Positions 41,698 to 51,021 of a stretch of 64,000 nucleotides of DNA are shown one piece after another. Origin of the DNA: an uncultured Candidatus Saccharibacteria bacterium (GTDB taxonomy: Bacteria > Patescibacteriota > Dojkabacteria > J137); NCBI GenBank assembly GCA_964607415.1, contig CAZSKK010000002.1:224585-288584 (forward strand), given 5' to 3'. Both the position numbers and the translations under genes were made by a program. Numbering within the stretch: position 1 is the first letter of the stretch; the number at the start of each line of letters is the position of its first letter. The notes below the pieces were generated by a model. That model had not been told where the DNA came from, searched no databases, and was given only the letters and a program-made list of their open reading frames with translations.

Positions 41698-42189
41698 TTA
41701 ATTAAGATCAGGAATAACAACTCCAAGCTTCTCTAAACTTTGAATAATTTCTGCAAGATCGTTAAGTTTCTCGTCAAGTAGTCTTGATTTTCTATTTATT
41801 TCTCTAAGTGCTAAAATCTTGCCTAAAATAGGTAACTCTGCTGTGTTTTGACTAGCAATAGCTACTTCACTAATCCACATATTATAAAAACGAACTGATT
41901 CTTTTCTCGCATTCAATAATTCATGCGATAATCTACGCTCGATTTTAGAAGGATCTACAAAAACATTTTCATTACTTGTTTCTAAAGGTAAGGGGATTTG
42001 GAGACTAGTTCCAATTACTAAAATAAGTTCTGGCTTTGTTTTCAAATCTGAGATAGGTCCTGTAAAAATCTCTCTTTGTCTAACTGAACAACCGGAACCT
42101 TCAGCTCTAGTGTTAAAATCCTGAATAAATGTTCCCACTTCTTGTAAGGTATTAGATGTTACTTCAACCTGAGGATCTAAATTAGACAT
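41698..42189 (-). CDS. Hypothetical protein (ORFan-like)
   Basis: 163-aa ORF with its own consensus promoter. Confidence 0.7.
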   Translation of the reverse strand: MSNLDPQVEVTSNTLQEVGTFIQDFNTRAEGSGCSVRQREIFTGPISDLKTKPELILVIGTSLQIPLPLETSNENVFVDPSKIERRLSHELLNARKESVRFYNMWISEVAIASQNTAELPILGKILALREINRKSRLLDEKLNDLAEIIQSLEKLGVVIPDLN

Positions 42190-42216
42190 AAAGTATGATT
42201 AATAAATACTGACTGT

Positions 42217-42245
42217 ATTATATATACATACAATTATACTGTCAA
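42217..42245 (-). promoter_or_regulatory. Perfect sigma70 consensus promoter for the 41698-42189 ORF
   Basis: TTGACA-17 nt-TATAAT on the minus strand. Confidence 0.8.
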
Positions 42246-42336
42246 TAGAATTGTGTAGTTTTAAAATAGAGTTAATAGGTCAATTCAATTTTTGATTTTC
42301 TCGACAACTTAATACGTTCTCTCGTATAATTCAACC

Positions 42337-43569
42337 ATGAATAAATTAATTACCACCTTGGCAATAGACACATCTTGTGATGAAACTTCTGTAGCTGTAG
42401 TTAGAAACTTTACAGTTCTTTCAAACGTACTTCCTACTCAAATTGAATTTCACAAAAAATACGGTGGAGTAATGCCATCAGTTGCAAAATTAGCTCATAA
42501 AGAAAGAATTGATAATGTTGTGATTGAAGCTATCAAAAAAGCAAAAGTTGATTTTTCAGACATAGATGCAATTGCAGTAACAATTGGGCCAGGCCTTGCA
42601 ATTGCTTTGGAAGTTGGAATTGAAAAAGCAAAAGAACTAGCAAGCAAATACAATAAGCCTTTGATTACAGTTAATCACATGGAAGGACACCTGCTTTCGG
42701 CATTCGCCGAAAGGAAAGAAGCCTCACCCACCAGCCTAAAGGCTGGTCCCCCCTCTCCTGCCAGGAGAAGGGTTGAGGGAGAAGCTTCCTTTCCAAATCT
42801 GGGAATGCTGGTTTCCGGAAATCATACTGAAATTATTTTAATTAAAAACTTTGGCGAATATCAAAAAATTGGCGAAACGCTTGATGATTCGTGTGGAGAA
42901 GCGTATGACAAATGCGGCAGAATGTTGGGCCTTGGTTATCCTGCAGGCCCTGTTATTTCCGAATTTGCAAAACAAAACCGAAAAAATATGGAGCTTGGAA
43001 TTGCAAATATAAATAATTCGGTACATGCTTGGGCAAAAAATAAAAAAACTAAAGCCTACTACTCTCTTCCAGTTAGCATGGCAAAGTCTAATGATTTGAA
43101 CTTTAGCTATTCTGGATTAAAAACCGCATTTAAACAGCTTGTAACAAATGTAAGTGGTCAAAATATTTCGTACGAAGATCAACTTTCAGGTTCAATTAAT
43201 TTAAATAAAGAACAAATTATGGACCTTTGTGTAATTTTTGAACATGCAGCGTTAAGCCAGATTTCAATAAAGTTATCCAAGGCAATAAAACAATATAAAC
43301 CAAATGAAGTGTGGCTTGGTGGAGGTGTTGTTGCCAGCACAAGATTAAGATCAATTGTTAGAAGTTTATGCAAAGATAATAACGTGATTTTAAGGGTTGC
43401 AAATACAAAAAAACTTTTTGGTGATAATGCTGCAATGATTGGTGTAGCAGCGAATACCAGAATTATGCTTCAAGATTCAAGAATTAAGAATTTTGAACAT
43501 TCTCCGGCATACGGGATTTTTTTAAAAGACTTTCATTTAGTGGATAGAGATCCAAATCTTTCGCTTTAG
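42337..43569 (+). CDS. tsaD: tRNA t6A37 threonylcarbamoyltransferase TsaD, with repeat-derived in-frame inserts
   Basis: IDTSCDET, HMEGH, GEAYDK, FSYSGLKT, DNAAMIG. Confidence 0.96.
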   Translation: MNKLITTLAIDTSCDETSVAVVRNFTVLSNVLPTQIEFHKKYGGVMPSVAKLAHKERIDNVVIEAIKKAKVDFSDIDAIAVTIGPGLAIALEVGIEKAKELASKYNKPLITVNHMEGHLLSAFAERKEASPTSLKAGPPSPARRRVEGEASFPNLGMLVSGNHTEIILIKNFGEYQKIGETLDDSCGEAYDKCGRMLGLGYPAGPVISEFAKQNRKNMELGIANINNSVHAWAKNKKTKAYYSLPVSMAKSNDLNFSYSGLKTAFKQLVTNVSGQNISYEDQLSGSINLNKEQIMDLCVIFEHAALSQISIKLSKAIKQYKPNEVWLGGGVVASTRLRSIVRSLCKDNNVILRVANTKKLFGDNAAMIGVAANTRIMLQDSRIKNFEHSPAYGIFLKDFHLVDRDPNLSL

Positions 43570-43604
43570 CTTCACGAAAATTTGTATTGCAATACAATGC
43601 GGCC

Positions 43605-43642
43605 ACAATAGATTTTTGATAAGCTTATCAAAAATCTATTGT
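43605..43642. repeat. Perfect 38-bp palindrome
   Basis: acaatagatttttgataag|cttatcaaaaatctattgt. Confidence 0.9.
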
Positions 43643-43729
43643 AGAATAACAAAATCCGAATGACTAATAACTAATTAAATTTCAATTTAATATAAGCTGC
43701 CAGACTCGAGCTCCGAGTTACGAAAATTT

Positions 43730-44098
43730 ATGCAAGATTTTAGAAAACTTAAAGTATGGGAAAAATCCCATATTTTGACCAAAGAAATATACGAAGTGAC
43801 AAAATGCTTTCCTAAACACGAAATGTTTAGCTTAACTAATCAGGTTAGAAGGTCCGCTAGCTCAGTACCTACAAATATAGCTGAAGGTTCGAATAGATCA
43901 AGTGATAAGGAATTTATTAGATTTATAAATATTGCAATAGGTTCAATTACGGAGACTGAATATTTGATTTTACTTTCTAATGAGCTGAATTATATTAATG
44001 AAATTGAAAGATTTCATCTTATAGAAATGATAGTTGAAGTTAGAAAAATGCTAGTCAGTTTGAAAAATAATTTACTTATTAAATCTCGAAGCTCGTAG
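43730..44098 (+). CDS. Four-helix-bundle protein (23S rRNA-IVP/TIGR02436 family)
   Basis: FRKLKVWEKS, FPKHEMFSLTNQVRRSASSVPTNIAEG, RFINIAIGSITE. Confidence 0.93.
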   Translation: MQDFRKLKVWEKSHILTKEIYEVTKCFPKHEMFSLTNQVRRSASSVPTNIAEGSNRSSDKEFIRFINIAIGSITETEYLILLSNELNYINEIERFHLIEMIVEVRKMLVSLKNNLLIKSRSS

Positions 44099-44114
44099 CT
44101 CGAGACTAGCTAAC

Positions 44115-45632
44115 ATGTTATCCAAATTATATACAGCAACCCTAATCGGTCTTGACTGCAAGATTGTTGAGGTGGAAGTTGATTATCGAAAAGGAAATAC
44201 ATACTTTTCAATTGTCGGTCTTGCAGATAAGTCTATACAGGAAGCAAAAGATAGAATTCCTGCAGCAATAAAAAATAGTGGCGCTGAGTTTATTCCAATG
44301 AAAATTGTAATGAATCTGGCACCAGCGGAGCTCACAAAATCTGGCCCTAGCTATGATCTTCCTTTAGCGCTAGGATATTTAATTGCATCAGAGCAAATTA
44401 ATCTTGATCCCGAAAAGAAAATTTTTATTGGAGAATTAGCACTGGATGGAACTTTAAGGCCGGTTAATGGAATTCTACCAATTACAGATTCTGTTAAAAA
44501 ACTTGGTTTTACTGAAATATATTTACCAGAAGATAATGCAGTTGAAGCTTCTTTGGTTAAAGACATAAAAGTTTTTGCACTTAAAAATCTAAAACAATTA
44601 ATGGATCACTTTAATGGCAATAATGAACTTTCAGAATTTGTAGCCAATCCTAAAGTATTTGAAAAAGAACGAAATTATCAGTTTGATTTTAATCAAGTTC
44701 AAGGACAAGAGCACGCTAAACGAGCTTTGGAAATAGCAGCAAGTGGAGGTCATAATGTCTTGATGAGTGGAGTTCCTGGCTCAGGTAAAACTTTACTTTC
44801 TAGATGTTTTTCAACAATCTTACCAGACATGACTTTTGAAGAAAGTATAGAAGTTACAAGAATTTACAGCGTTTCGGGTTTAACTTCTAATAAAAATCCT
44901 TTAATTACTGATAGACCTTTCAGAACGCCACATCATACAAGCTCACAAGTGGCTTTAGTTGGGGGTGGAGGCCAAATTAAACCAGGTGAAATTTCGCTTG
45001 CGCACCGTGGCGTACTATTCCTGGACGAGTTTCCTGAATTTTCTTCCCAAGCCATTGAAGCTCTGCGGCAGCCTTTAGAAGATAAGATTGTCACAATCTC
45101 AAGGGCATCTGGTACTTTAACATTTCCAGCTAGCTTTATTCTAATTGCTGCAATGAATCCGTGTAAATGTGGCCACAAAGGTGATCCAGATAAACATTGT
45201 ATATGCACTTCTCTAGAATCCACCCGATACTTAAAAAGAATTTCGGGACCAATTCTTGATCGTATTGATCTTTTAATAAAAGTTCCAAAAGTTGAAAATA
45301 ATAAATTGTTTTCGGAAGCAAAAGCTGAAAGTTCAGAAGCAGTTCGAAAAAGAGTTCAAGTTGCCAGGAATATCCAGCAAGAAAGGTATAAGGATTTAAA
45401 TATTTATTGTAATGCAGAGCTTAATCAGAAAGAAATAAAAAACTTTATAGAGCTAGATAAAGAATCTAAAGATTTGTTAGAGCTTGCGGTTAATAAAATG
45501 AATTTATCGGCAAGAAGTTACTATCGTTTGCTTAAGGTTTCAAGAACCATTGCCGATTTGGAAGGTTCTGAACAAATTTTAAATAAGCACATTGCTGAGG
45601 CGCTGAGTTATAGAGTGGAAATTGGGAATTGA
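44115..45632 (+). CDS. comM: ComM/YifB Mg-chelatase-like AAA+ ATPase
   Basis: NLAPA, DLP, GGHN..G.PGSGKT, PFRTPHH, GEISLAHRGVLFLDE, AAMNPC. Confidence 0.95.
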   Translation: MLSKLYTATLIGLDCKIVEVEVDYRKGNTYFSIVGLADKSIQEAKDRIPAAIKNSGAEFIPMKIVMNLAPAELTKSGPSYDLPLALGYLIASEQINLDPEKKIFIGELALDGTLRPVNGILPITDSVKKLGFTEIYLPEDNAVEASLVKDIKVFALKNLKQLMDHFNGNNELSEFVANPKVFEKERNYQFDFNQVQGQEHAKRALEIAASGGHNVLMSGVPGSGKTLLSRCFSTILPDMTFEESIEVTRIYSVSGLTSNKNPLITDRPFRTPHHTSSQVALVGGGGQIKPGEISLAHRGVLFLDEFPEFSSQAIEALRQPLEDKIVTISRASGTLTFPASFILIAAMNPCKCGHKGDPDKHCICTSLESTRYLKRISGPILDRIDLLIKVPKVENNKLFSEAKAESSEAVRKRVQVARNIQQERYKDLNIYCNAELNQKEIKNFIELDKESKDLLELAVNKMNLSARSYYRLLKVSRTIADLEGSEQILNKHIAEALSYRVEIGN

Positions 45633-45863
45633 TAAATTTACCTAATTAAACTAAGTCCTCTAATTAATCTAAGATCATCAGCAAGTATTTTAGTTTAGCC
45701 TAAATATGTGAGTAGACGTTGAGATTTTTTTGGTCAATTAGGTTAATTAGTCATTAGGGTACTTACTTATTGGTTTGACAAAATCGTCCCATAGGATATA
45801 CAATATCTTCAATATCTAATTCCCTCAAAGAAAATCATTGATTGAAATTAAATCCATAAACTT

Positions 45864-47678
45864 ATGGCTGAAATTCAGGAAGAAAAAAAAGCTTCTAAAA
45901 ACCTTATAGGTAATACGATTTGGGTTCTTAAGTTGAACTTAAAACACGCACGCTTCTTATTTATCACAAGATTAGCGGGCTTTATAAATAATCAATGCTA
46001 CCCAATTGCAAGGTCATTTGTGATGGGGTTGATAATTGATTGGGGTATTAAGTATACTGCCGACGATGCGCACGATTCTAAGTATATCTACTACTCAATG
46101 TTAGCCTTTGGCGCTTTGTACTTTGTTAATGGGACTATTAATGTACTAAATAACTATGGTGAAAATGTTGGAAGATTTAAACTGAATTATCTAATTCCTG
46201 AAACACTCCTATATAGAAAACTAAATGCTCTGAGCAATGCAGACCTAGAAAGCCCAAAAGTTCAGAATATGGTTAGCAGATATAGAGACAATAGATATAT
46301 CATAAGTAATTTGAGCCAAAATTTGTTAAGAATCACTGCAATTCTGGTTGTCTTTAGTATAACTGCGGTACCACTATTTACAGTGCTTCCAATAGTAACA
46401 ATTCTGCTAATTTTTACTTCAATACCAGGATTGTTTGCAAATAAAAGAGCGATAAACAAACTTTGGGATTTGGATAAGGAGACTACAGTAGAGAACAGGA
46501 AAGCCTGGTCAATGGTTTATCAGATTTCTTCACCTGAAACATTAAAAGAAGTTAGGCTGGTAGGTGCTTTTGACTACATAAAAAAATTCTTTGAAGATTA
46601 TATAGAACTTTTTAACAATAAGCGTAAAGAGATTTATACAGTATGGTCAGTTTTTGATGTAATAAGTACCATATTGACTGGAGGCACCATTCTATTTGGT
46701 ATTTATCAATTGATTGAGCTTGTTAATACAGGAAATATTACCATTGGGCAAGTTACATTTTTCATCGGAGCTTTGCTAAATCTTGGGGGAAATATTGACA
46801 GCTTTTCAGCCCAAATTACTGACATATCAGCTTCTAGCATAAGACTAACAGAGATTAGAGAATTGTTGGAAATGCCCGAAGAGGATGATGAGAATAAAAA
46901 AGATATTGCTCTTCTGTCTGAACCACCATCTTTAGAAATAAAAGATTTAACATTTTCATATCCTGGCGCAAAAGCAAAAGTTCTTAAAAACTTAAACCTT
47001 AAAATTAAACCAGGTGAAAAGATTGCAATCGTTGGCGAAAACGGAGCTGGTAAAACAACATTAATAAAACTTTTAACAAAGATATATCCAGTTTCCAAAG
47101 GAGAAATTTTAATTAATGATGAAAATTTAAATGGGATTTCAACAAGCTCATGGAATAATAGTCTTGGAGTTCTTTTTCAAGACTATAATACTTATCCAGA
47201 TTTGACTGCTTTTGAAAATATAGCAATAGGAAGAATGACTGATGAAATAGACTACGAAAAAATTACAGATGCAGCCAAAAAGGCCGATGCACATGACTTT
47301 ATAATGGCATATGAAAATAACTACTCTCAAATTTTAAGTGAAAAATATGAAGGTGGAATTAGACCTAGTGGAGGCCAATGGCAAAAGATTTCTATTGCAA
47401 GATTCTTTTACAGAAATGCTCCAATTCTAATTCTGGACGAGCCTACTGCTTCAATTGATGCTGTATCGGAAGCAAACATATTTAATAGAATTTATAAATT
47501 TATTGAAAACAAAACTGTAATTATTGTTTCTCACAGATTTTCTACTGTACGAAATGCAGATAGGATTATTGTTTTGGATAAAGGAGAAATTGTTGAAGAT
47601 GGATCGCATGAGGAGCTAATGAAAAACAAAGGCAAATATTACGAGGCATTTACATTACAGGCAAAGGGATATAATTGA
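45864..47678 (+). CDS. ABC exporter (fused TMD + ATPase)
   Basis: N-terminal TMs, GENGAGKTT, SGGQWQK, LDEPTA, SHR. Confidence 0.95.
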   Translation: MAEIQEEKKASKNLIGNTIWVLKLNLKHARFLFITRLAGFINNQCYPIARSFVMGLIIDWGIKYTADDAHDSKYIYYSMLAFGALYFVNGTINVLNNYGENVGRFKLNYLIPETLLYRKLNALSNADLESPKVQNMVSRYRDNRYIISNLSQNLLRITAILVVFSITAVPLFTVLPIVTILLIFTSIPGLFANKRAINKLWDLDKETTVENRKAWSMVYQISSPETLKEVRLVGAFDYIKKFFEDYIELFNNKRKEIYTVWSVFDVISTILTGGTILFGIYQLIELVNTGNITIGQVTFFIGALLNLGGNIDSFSAQITDISASSIRLTEIRELLEMPEEDDENKKDIALLSEPPSLEIKDLTFSYPGAKAKVLKNLNLKIKPGEKIAIVGENGAGKTTLIKLLTKIYPVSKGEILINDENLNGISTSSWNNSLGVLFQDYNTYPDLTAFENIAIGRMTDEIDYEKITDAAKKADAHDFIMAYENNYSQILSEKYEGGIRPSGGQWQKISIARFFYRNAPILILDEPTASIDAVSEANIFNRIYKFIENKTVIIVSHRFSTVRNADRIIVLDKGEIVEDGSHEELMKNKGKYYEAFTLQAKGYN

Positions 47679-47715
47679 GGTGAAGAGCTTAAGAGCTAAT
47701 GAGGTTTTCAGATTT

Positions 47716-47803
47716 CCTCTCCCTTAGGGAGAGGACTAAGGTGAGGGCTTAAGAGTCGATGTTTTTTATAACCTCACCCTCCCCTCTCCTTAAATGGAGA
47801 GGG
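47716..47803. repeat. Inverted doublet of CCCTCTCC/GGAGAGGG REP-like palindromes
   Basis: cctctccc-tta-gggagaggactaaggtgaggg ... cctcaccctcccctctcc-ttaaat-ggagaggg. Confidence 0.85.
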
Positions 47804-47902
47804 ATTTGAATTAAACTTTCTAATTCACCGATCAACTCTCATTTAGGAGCAATGCTTTTCGCGGATTGAAACAGTTCAACCACTCTACCAATAATTATTT
47901 TT

Positions 47903-47930
47903 TGTTACTTTTTTTCTTTTCGCTCGTATA
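47903..47930 (+). promoter_or_regulatory. Putative autoregulatory ECF-sigma promoter
   Basis: TGTTAC-16 nt-CGTATA, resembling SigW/SigM-type TGAAAC-N16-CGTA. Confidence 0.55.
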
Positions 47931-47953
47931 ATTAGTAGATTAAAAATTCACAT

Positions 47954-48430
47954 GTGAAAGAAAAAGAAATAGATGTTTTGAATGCATTCAGAAAATACAA
48001 TTCTTTGATTTACAACTACATCTATTTTAGAGTAGGAAAAAATAAGGAACTTGCAGAGGATTTAACGCAAGAAGTATTTTTAAAAGCCTTTAATAACAAA
48101 ACAACATACGATTCTAAAAAAGCATCAGAAAAAACTTGGTTATTTATAATAGCCAGAAGCACAGTGCTGGATAGCTATAAAAAACCTGAACAAGAATTAA
48201 TTAGCTATGAAGAACTAATCGGGAAATATGATGAGAATAATTTACAAAAAATCACACTGGACATAGCTTTAAAGAAAATGAAACCTATGGAAAAAGAACT
48301 CGTAGAAATGAAATATATTTTAGGCTTAAAAACTAAAGAAATTGCAAAAATTATTGGTAAAAGTAATTCTGCAACTAAAGTTTCTGTAAGAAGAGCTTTT
48401 TATAAGTTAAAACAAATTTGTAATGAATAA
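47954..48430 (+). CDS. ECF sigma factor
   Basis: AEDLTQEVFLKA, TWLFIIAR, EIAKIIG..VKV..RA-like HTH. Confidence 0.92.
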   Translation: MKEKEIDVLNAFRKYNSLIYNYIYFRVGKNKELAEDLTQEVFLKAFNNKTTYDSKKASEKTWLFIIARSTVLDSYKKPEQELISYEELIGKYDENNLQKITLDIALKKMKPMEKELVEMKYILGLKTKEIAKIIGKSNSATKVSVRRAFYKLKQICNE

Positions 48431-50105
48431 TCTTAAATTAAAAAAGAGTTTAAAAAATCTTTCTCAAAATCCGGATAGAGAATGGCTTGAAAAAACTGAT
48501 TTTCTGCTTTCACAGCTGGAAAAGCCAGAAAAAACGCATTCTATATTTTATTTTGGAAAAATGAAATTAAAAATAATAGTATTAATATTATTTATGCTAG
48601 CTTTTATGGGAAGTGCTTCTGTATATTTTTTTGTAAATTTCAACACAAAAAATTCTAACTCAGAATATTTATCCCAAAATGAAAAAAAGGATTTTTTTAA
48701 GCAGCTTATAGATAATTCCTCGAATATCTTTAGCTCAAACACTGTATTTGGTTCAGAAACTGAAGATGGAGCATATTTTTACAGTAAGGACTCTGAATCA
48801 AATTTAAGACATTCTATAGTCGATGTAAAAAAAGGTCCAAACGCTAGTTATATTTGTGACGAATACATACCAACGCCGAATGATTTTAACTACACGCAAG
48901 AACAGTATGAGTTTAAAAATGATTATGGAATAGACTCGTTAGATTTTATTAAGTACAAAGATTCATACATTTACTTCGAAAGTTTTATAATAAACGATGA
49001 TTTGAATGATGAATCAACAATTTATCGTGGAGGCGAATATGGATTAAAATACATTTATACTTACGATAATCAACAAAGACATAATTACTTAGATTTTGAA
49101 GAAATAGATGAAAAAAAGTTTTTAGATTCACTCTATGATCAATACACTTTATCAGAAATGTATAAAGATAAATCTACTAATAAGATGATTATCGAAAGCC
49201 AATTTAAAGGTCCAAGATGCGATTTTGATTATTATGACTCCGAAGATCCTACCTTTATAGAAGTGTTGGAAGTGGATTTGGATAATTTTGAACTTACAAA
49301 ATCATCACTTTATAAAAATGAAAAAATTGAAAAAAATCTTATTGTTCAAAAATCCTATAAAGTTGAAAAATATAATGCAAAGAATATAAATTTTAAAGAA
49401 CTTTTGCAATCATTGACTCCTAAAGTTGAGTTTAAAACAGAAATTGATAGCTATAGTACTGGAGAGCCATCAGCAACTGTTGAAACAGAATTAAGCTATT
49501 TAAAAGGATTAGAACTTGACTTAACTTGGATGGAAAATGATAAAAAGGCAAGCTTTTTTTCAGGATCATATCAACAAGTTGAGGATGATACGTTAAGAAT
49601 AGCCTTAACAGATTATAATTTCTATCCAAATGATGACTTGGGGGGATATTTATTCAATACGGTATTAGGGAAGTATAGAAACGGAAGACTGGAAAAAGCT
49701 ACAATCAGTCATTGCTTTGATAGTATTTGTAACGATCATGCAGAATTTAAGATTTATAGAAGCGACGTTTCCCAAAGTAAATTCGATTATTCAGGCGATA
49801 TGGGTATTTTTAAAGAAAGTCAAACTCAAGTAAGTTTAAGTATAAATGGTAGCTCTAAAGCCGCGGATTTAATTAAATACTACATTGTTAAAGAAGGGCA
49901 AGGAAATGTAAATTTATGTAACGAAGAAAAATGCTGGGGACCATACTATAGAATTCTAGTAGATCTAAGCAACACAAGTTTTATGGTTATTGACATTAGT
50001 TCTGAAACTGCTTTGAATACTGTCATAAATAGTAAGTATAAAGTTTATTCATCTGTGAGAGAAGAAGATAGGGACAAACTAAAAGAATTGATAGGCGGAA
50101 TTTAG
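48423..50105 (+). CDS. Putative anti-sigma factor with large extracellular domain
   Basis: Overlaps the sigma stop codon; short cytoplasmic N-terminus, one TM, acidic Cys-containing ectodomain. Confidence 0.65.
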   Translation: MNNLKLKKSLKNLSQNPDREWLEKTDFLLSQLEKPEKTHSIFYFGKMKLKIIVLILFMLAFMGSASVYFFVNFNTKNSNSEYLSQNEKKDFFKQLIDNSSNIFSSNTVFGSETEDGAYFYSKDSESNLRHSIVDVKKGPNASYICDEYIPTPNDFNYTQEQYEFKNDYGIDSLDFIKYKDSYIYFESFIINDDLNDESTIYRGGEYGLKYIYTYDNQQRHNYLDFEEIDEKKFLDSLYDQYTLSEMYKDKSTNKMIIESQFKGPRCDFDYYDSEDPTFIEVLEVDLDNFELTKSSLYKNEKIEKNLIVQKSYKVEKYNAKNINFKELLQSLTPKVEFKTEIDSYSTGEPSATVETELSYLKGLELDLTWMENDKKASFFSGSYQQVEDDTLRIALTDYNFYPNDDLGGYLFNTVLGKYRNGRLEKATISHCFDSICNDHAEFKIYRSDVSQSKFDYSGDMGIFKESQTQVSLSINGSSKAADLIKYYIVKEGQGNVNLCNEEKCWGPYYRILVDLSNTSFMVIDISSETALNTVINSKYKVYSSVREEDRDKLKELIGGI

Positions 50106-50116
50106 GTTTAAGCTCA

Positions 50117-50165
50117 AATGCGGAAATGCATCATTGATATTTTAATCAGGTTGCATTTCCGCATT
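50117..50165. terminator. 14-bp-stem hairpin between convergent genes (terminator or REP)
   Basis: aatgcggaaatgca ... tgcatttccgcatt. Confidence 0.55.
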
Positions 50166-50217
50166 AACAAGAACATTGAAACTTAAATGCTTTTTAACTT
50201 TCTAAAACAAACAACCC

Positions 50218-50248
50218 GAGAATGCATATTATGTATTCGAGTGCAGCT
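50218..50248. repeat. Hairpin element copy 3 (truncated)
   Basis: gagaatgcatattatgtattcgagtgcagct. Confidence 0.8.
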
Positions 50249-50271
50249 CATAAATAGAACCACGTTAAAAA

Positions 50272-51021
50272 TTACTGCGATTGTCTTCTAATACATACAA
50301 CCCACTCCCCTTTCGGTGTTGTACTATTAAGGTATTTAAGCACTTCACCCACACTACCCCTAATTGTTTTTTCAAACTTTTTTGTAAGCTCACTACTTAT
50401 TGAAACCTCTAAATCTTCACCAAAGTTTCGTTTAATTATCTCAAGCGTTTTCTTTATTCGAAAAGGTGATTCGTAAAAAATTAATGTTGATTCAGTTTCA
50501 ATAAATTTTGACATATTTTTAACCATCTTTCCTTCCGTTCTTGGTAAAAATCCTAAAAATACAAATTTATCTGTAGGTAGTCCTGACAAAACCAAAGCAG
50601 AAACAAGAGCAGTTGGTCCAGGAATTGCCTCAACTTCAAAACCATGTTTTGCAACATCCCTAATTAGTTTAAAGCCTGGATCGGAAATTGCTGGCATTCC
50701 AGAATCTGAAATTAAGCTTACATCATTACCCTGCTCCAAAAGCAAAAGTATTTTATTTACAACTTTGTCGTGATTTTGATCGCGATATGAAATCAAAAAT
50801 TGATTTTTTTCTAAAGAAGTTTCAAGCTCAATCAAAATATTTGTAAAACGATTTACAAAAATGCTCCTAAGCTTTTGATAGTTTCTTGTATCTTCAGCGA
50901 GTATTATTTTTGAAGACAGAAGTTCTTTAAGTGCTCTTAAAGTAATATCCTCGATATTACCGATTGGAAGTCCTATGATTTTTAACTTTCCTTTTTGGTT
51001 TGGATTTGAATTCTGCTTCAT
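50272..51021 (-). CDS. rsmI: 16S rRNA C1402 2'-O-methyltransferase RsmI
   Basis: PIGNIEDITLRA, AEDTR, SDSGMPAISDPG, YESPFR, ELTKKFE. Confidence 0.95.
   Translation of the reverse strand: MKQNSNPNQKGKLKIIGLPIGNIEDITLRALKELLSSKIILAEDTRNYQKLRSIFVNRFTNILIELETSLEKNQFLISYRDQNHDKVVNKILLLLEQGNDVSLISDSGMPAISDPGFKLIRDVAKHGFEVEAIPGPTALVSALVLSGLPTDKFVFLGFLPRTEGKMVKNMSKFIETESTLIFYESPFRIKKTLEIIKRNFGEDLEVSISSELTKKFEKTIRGSVGEVLKYLNSTTPKGEWVVCIRRQSQ

Noticed and set aside
43730-44098. Diversity-generating retroelement (Avd-like fold) or rRNA intervening sequence
   Set aside because: No reverse transcriptase, no TR/VR pair and no rRNA gene seen in the window
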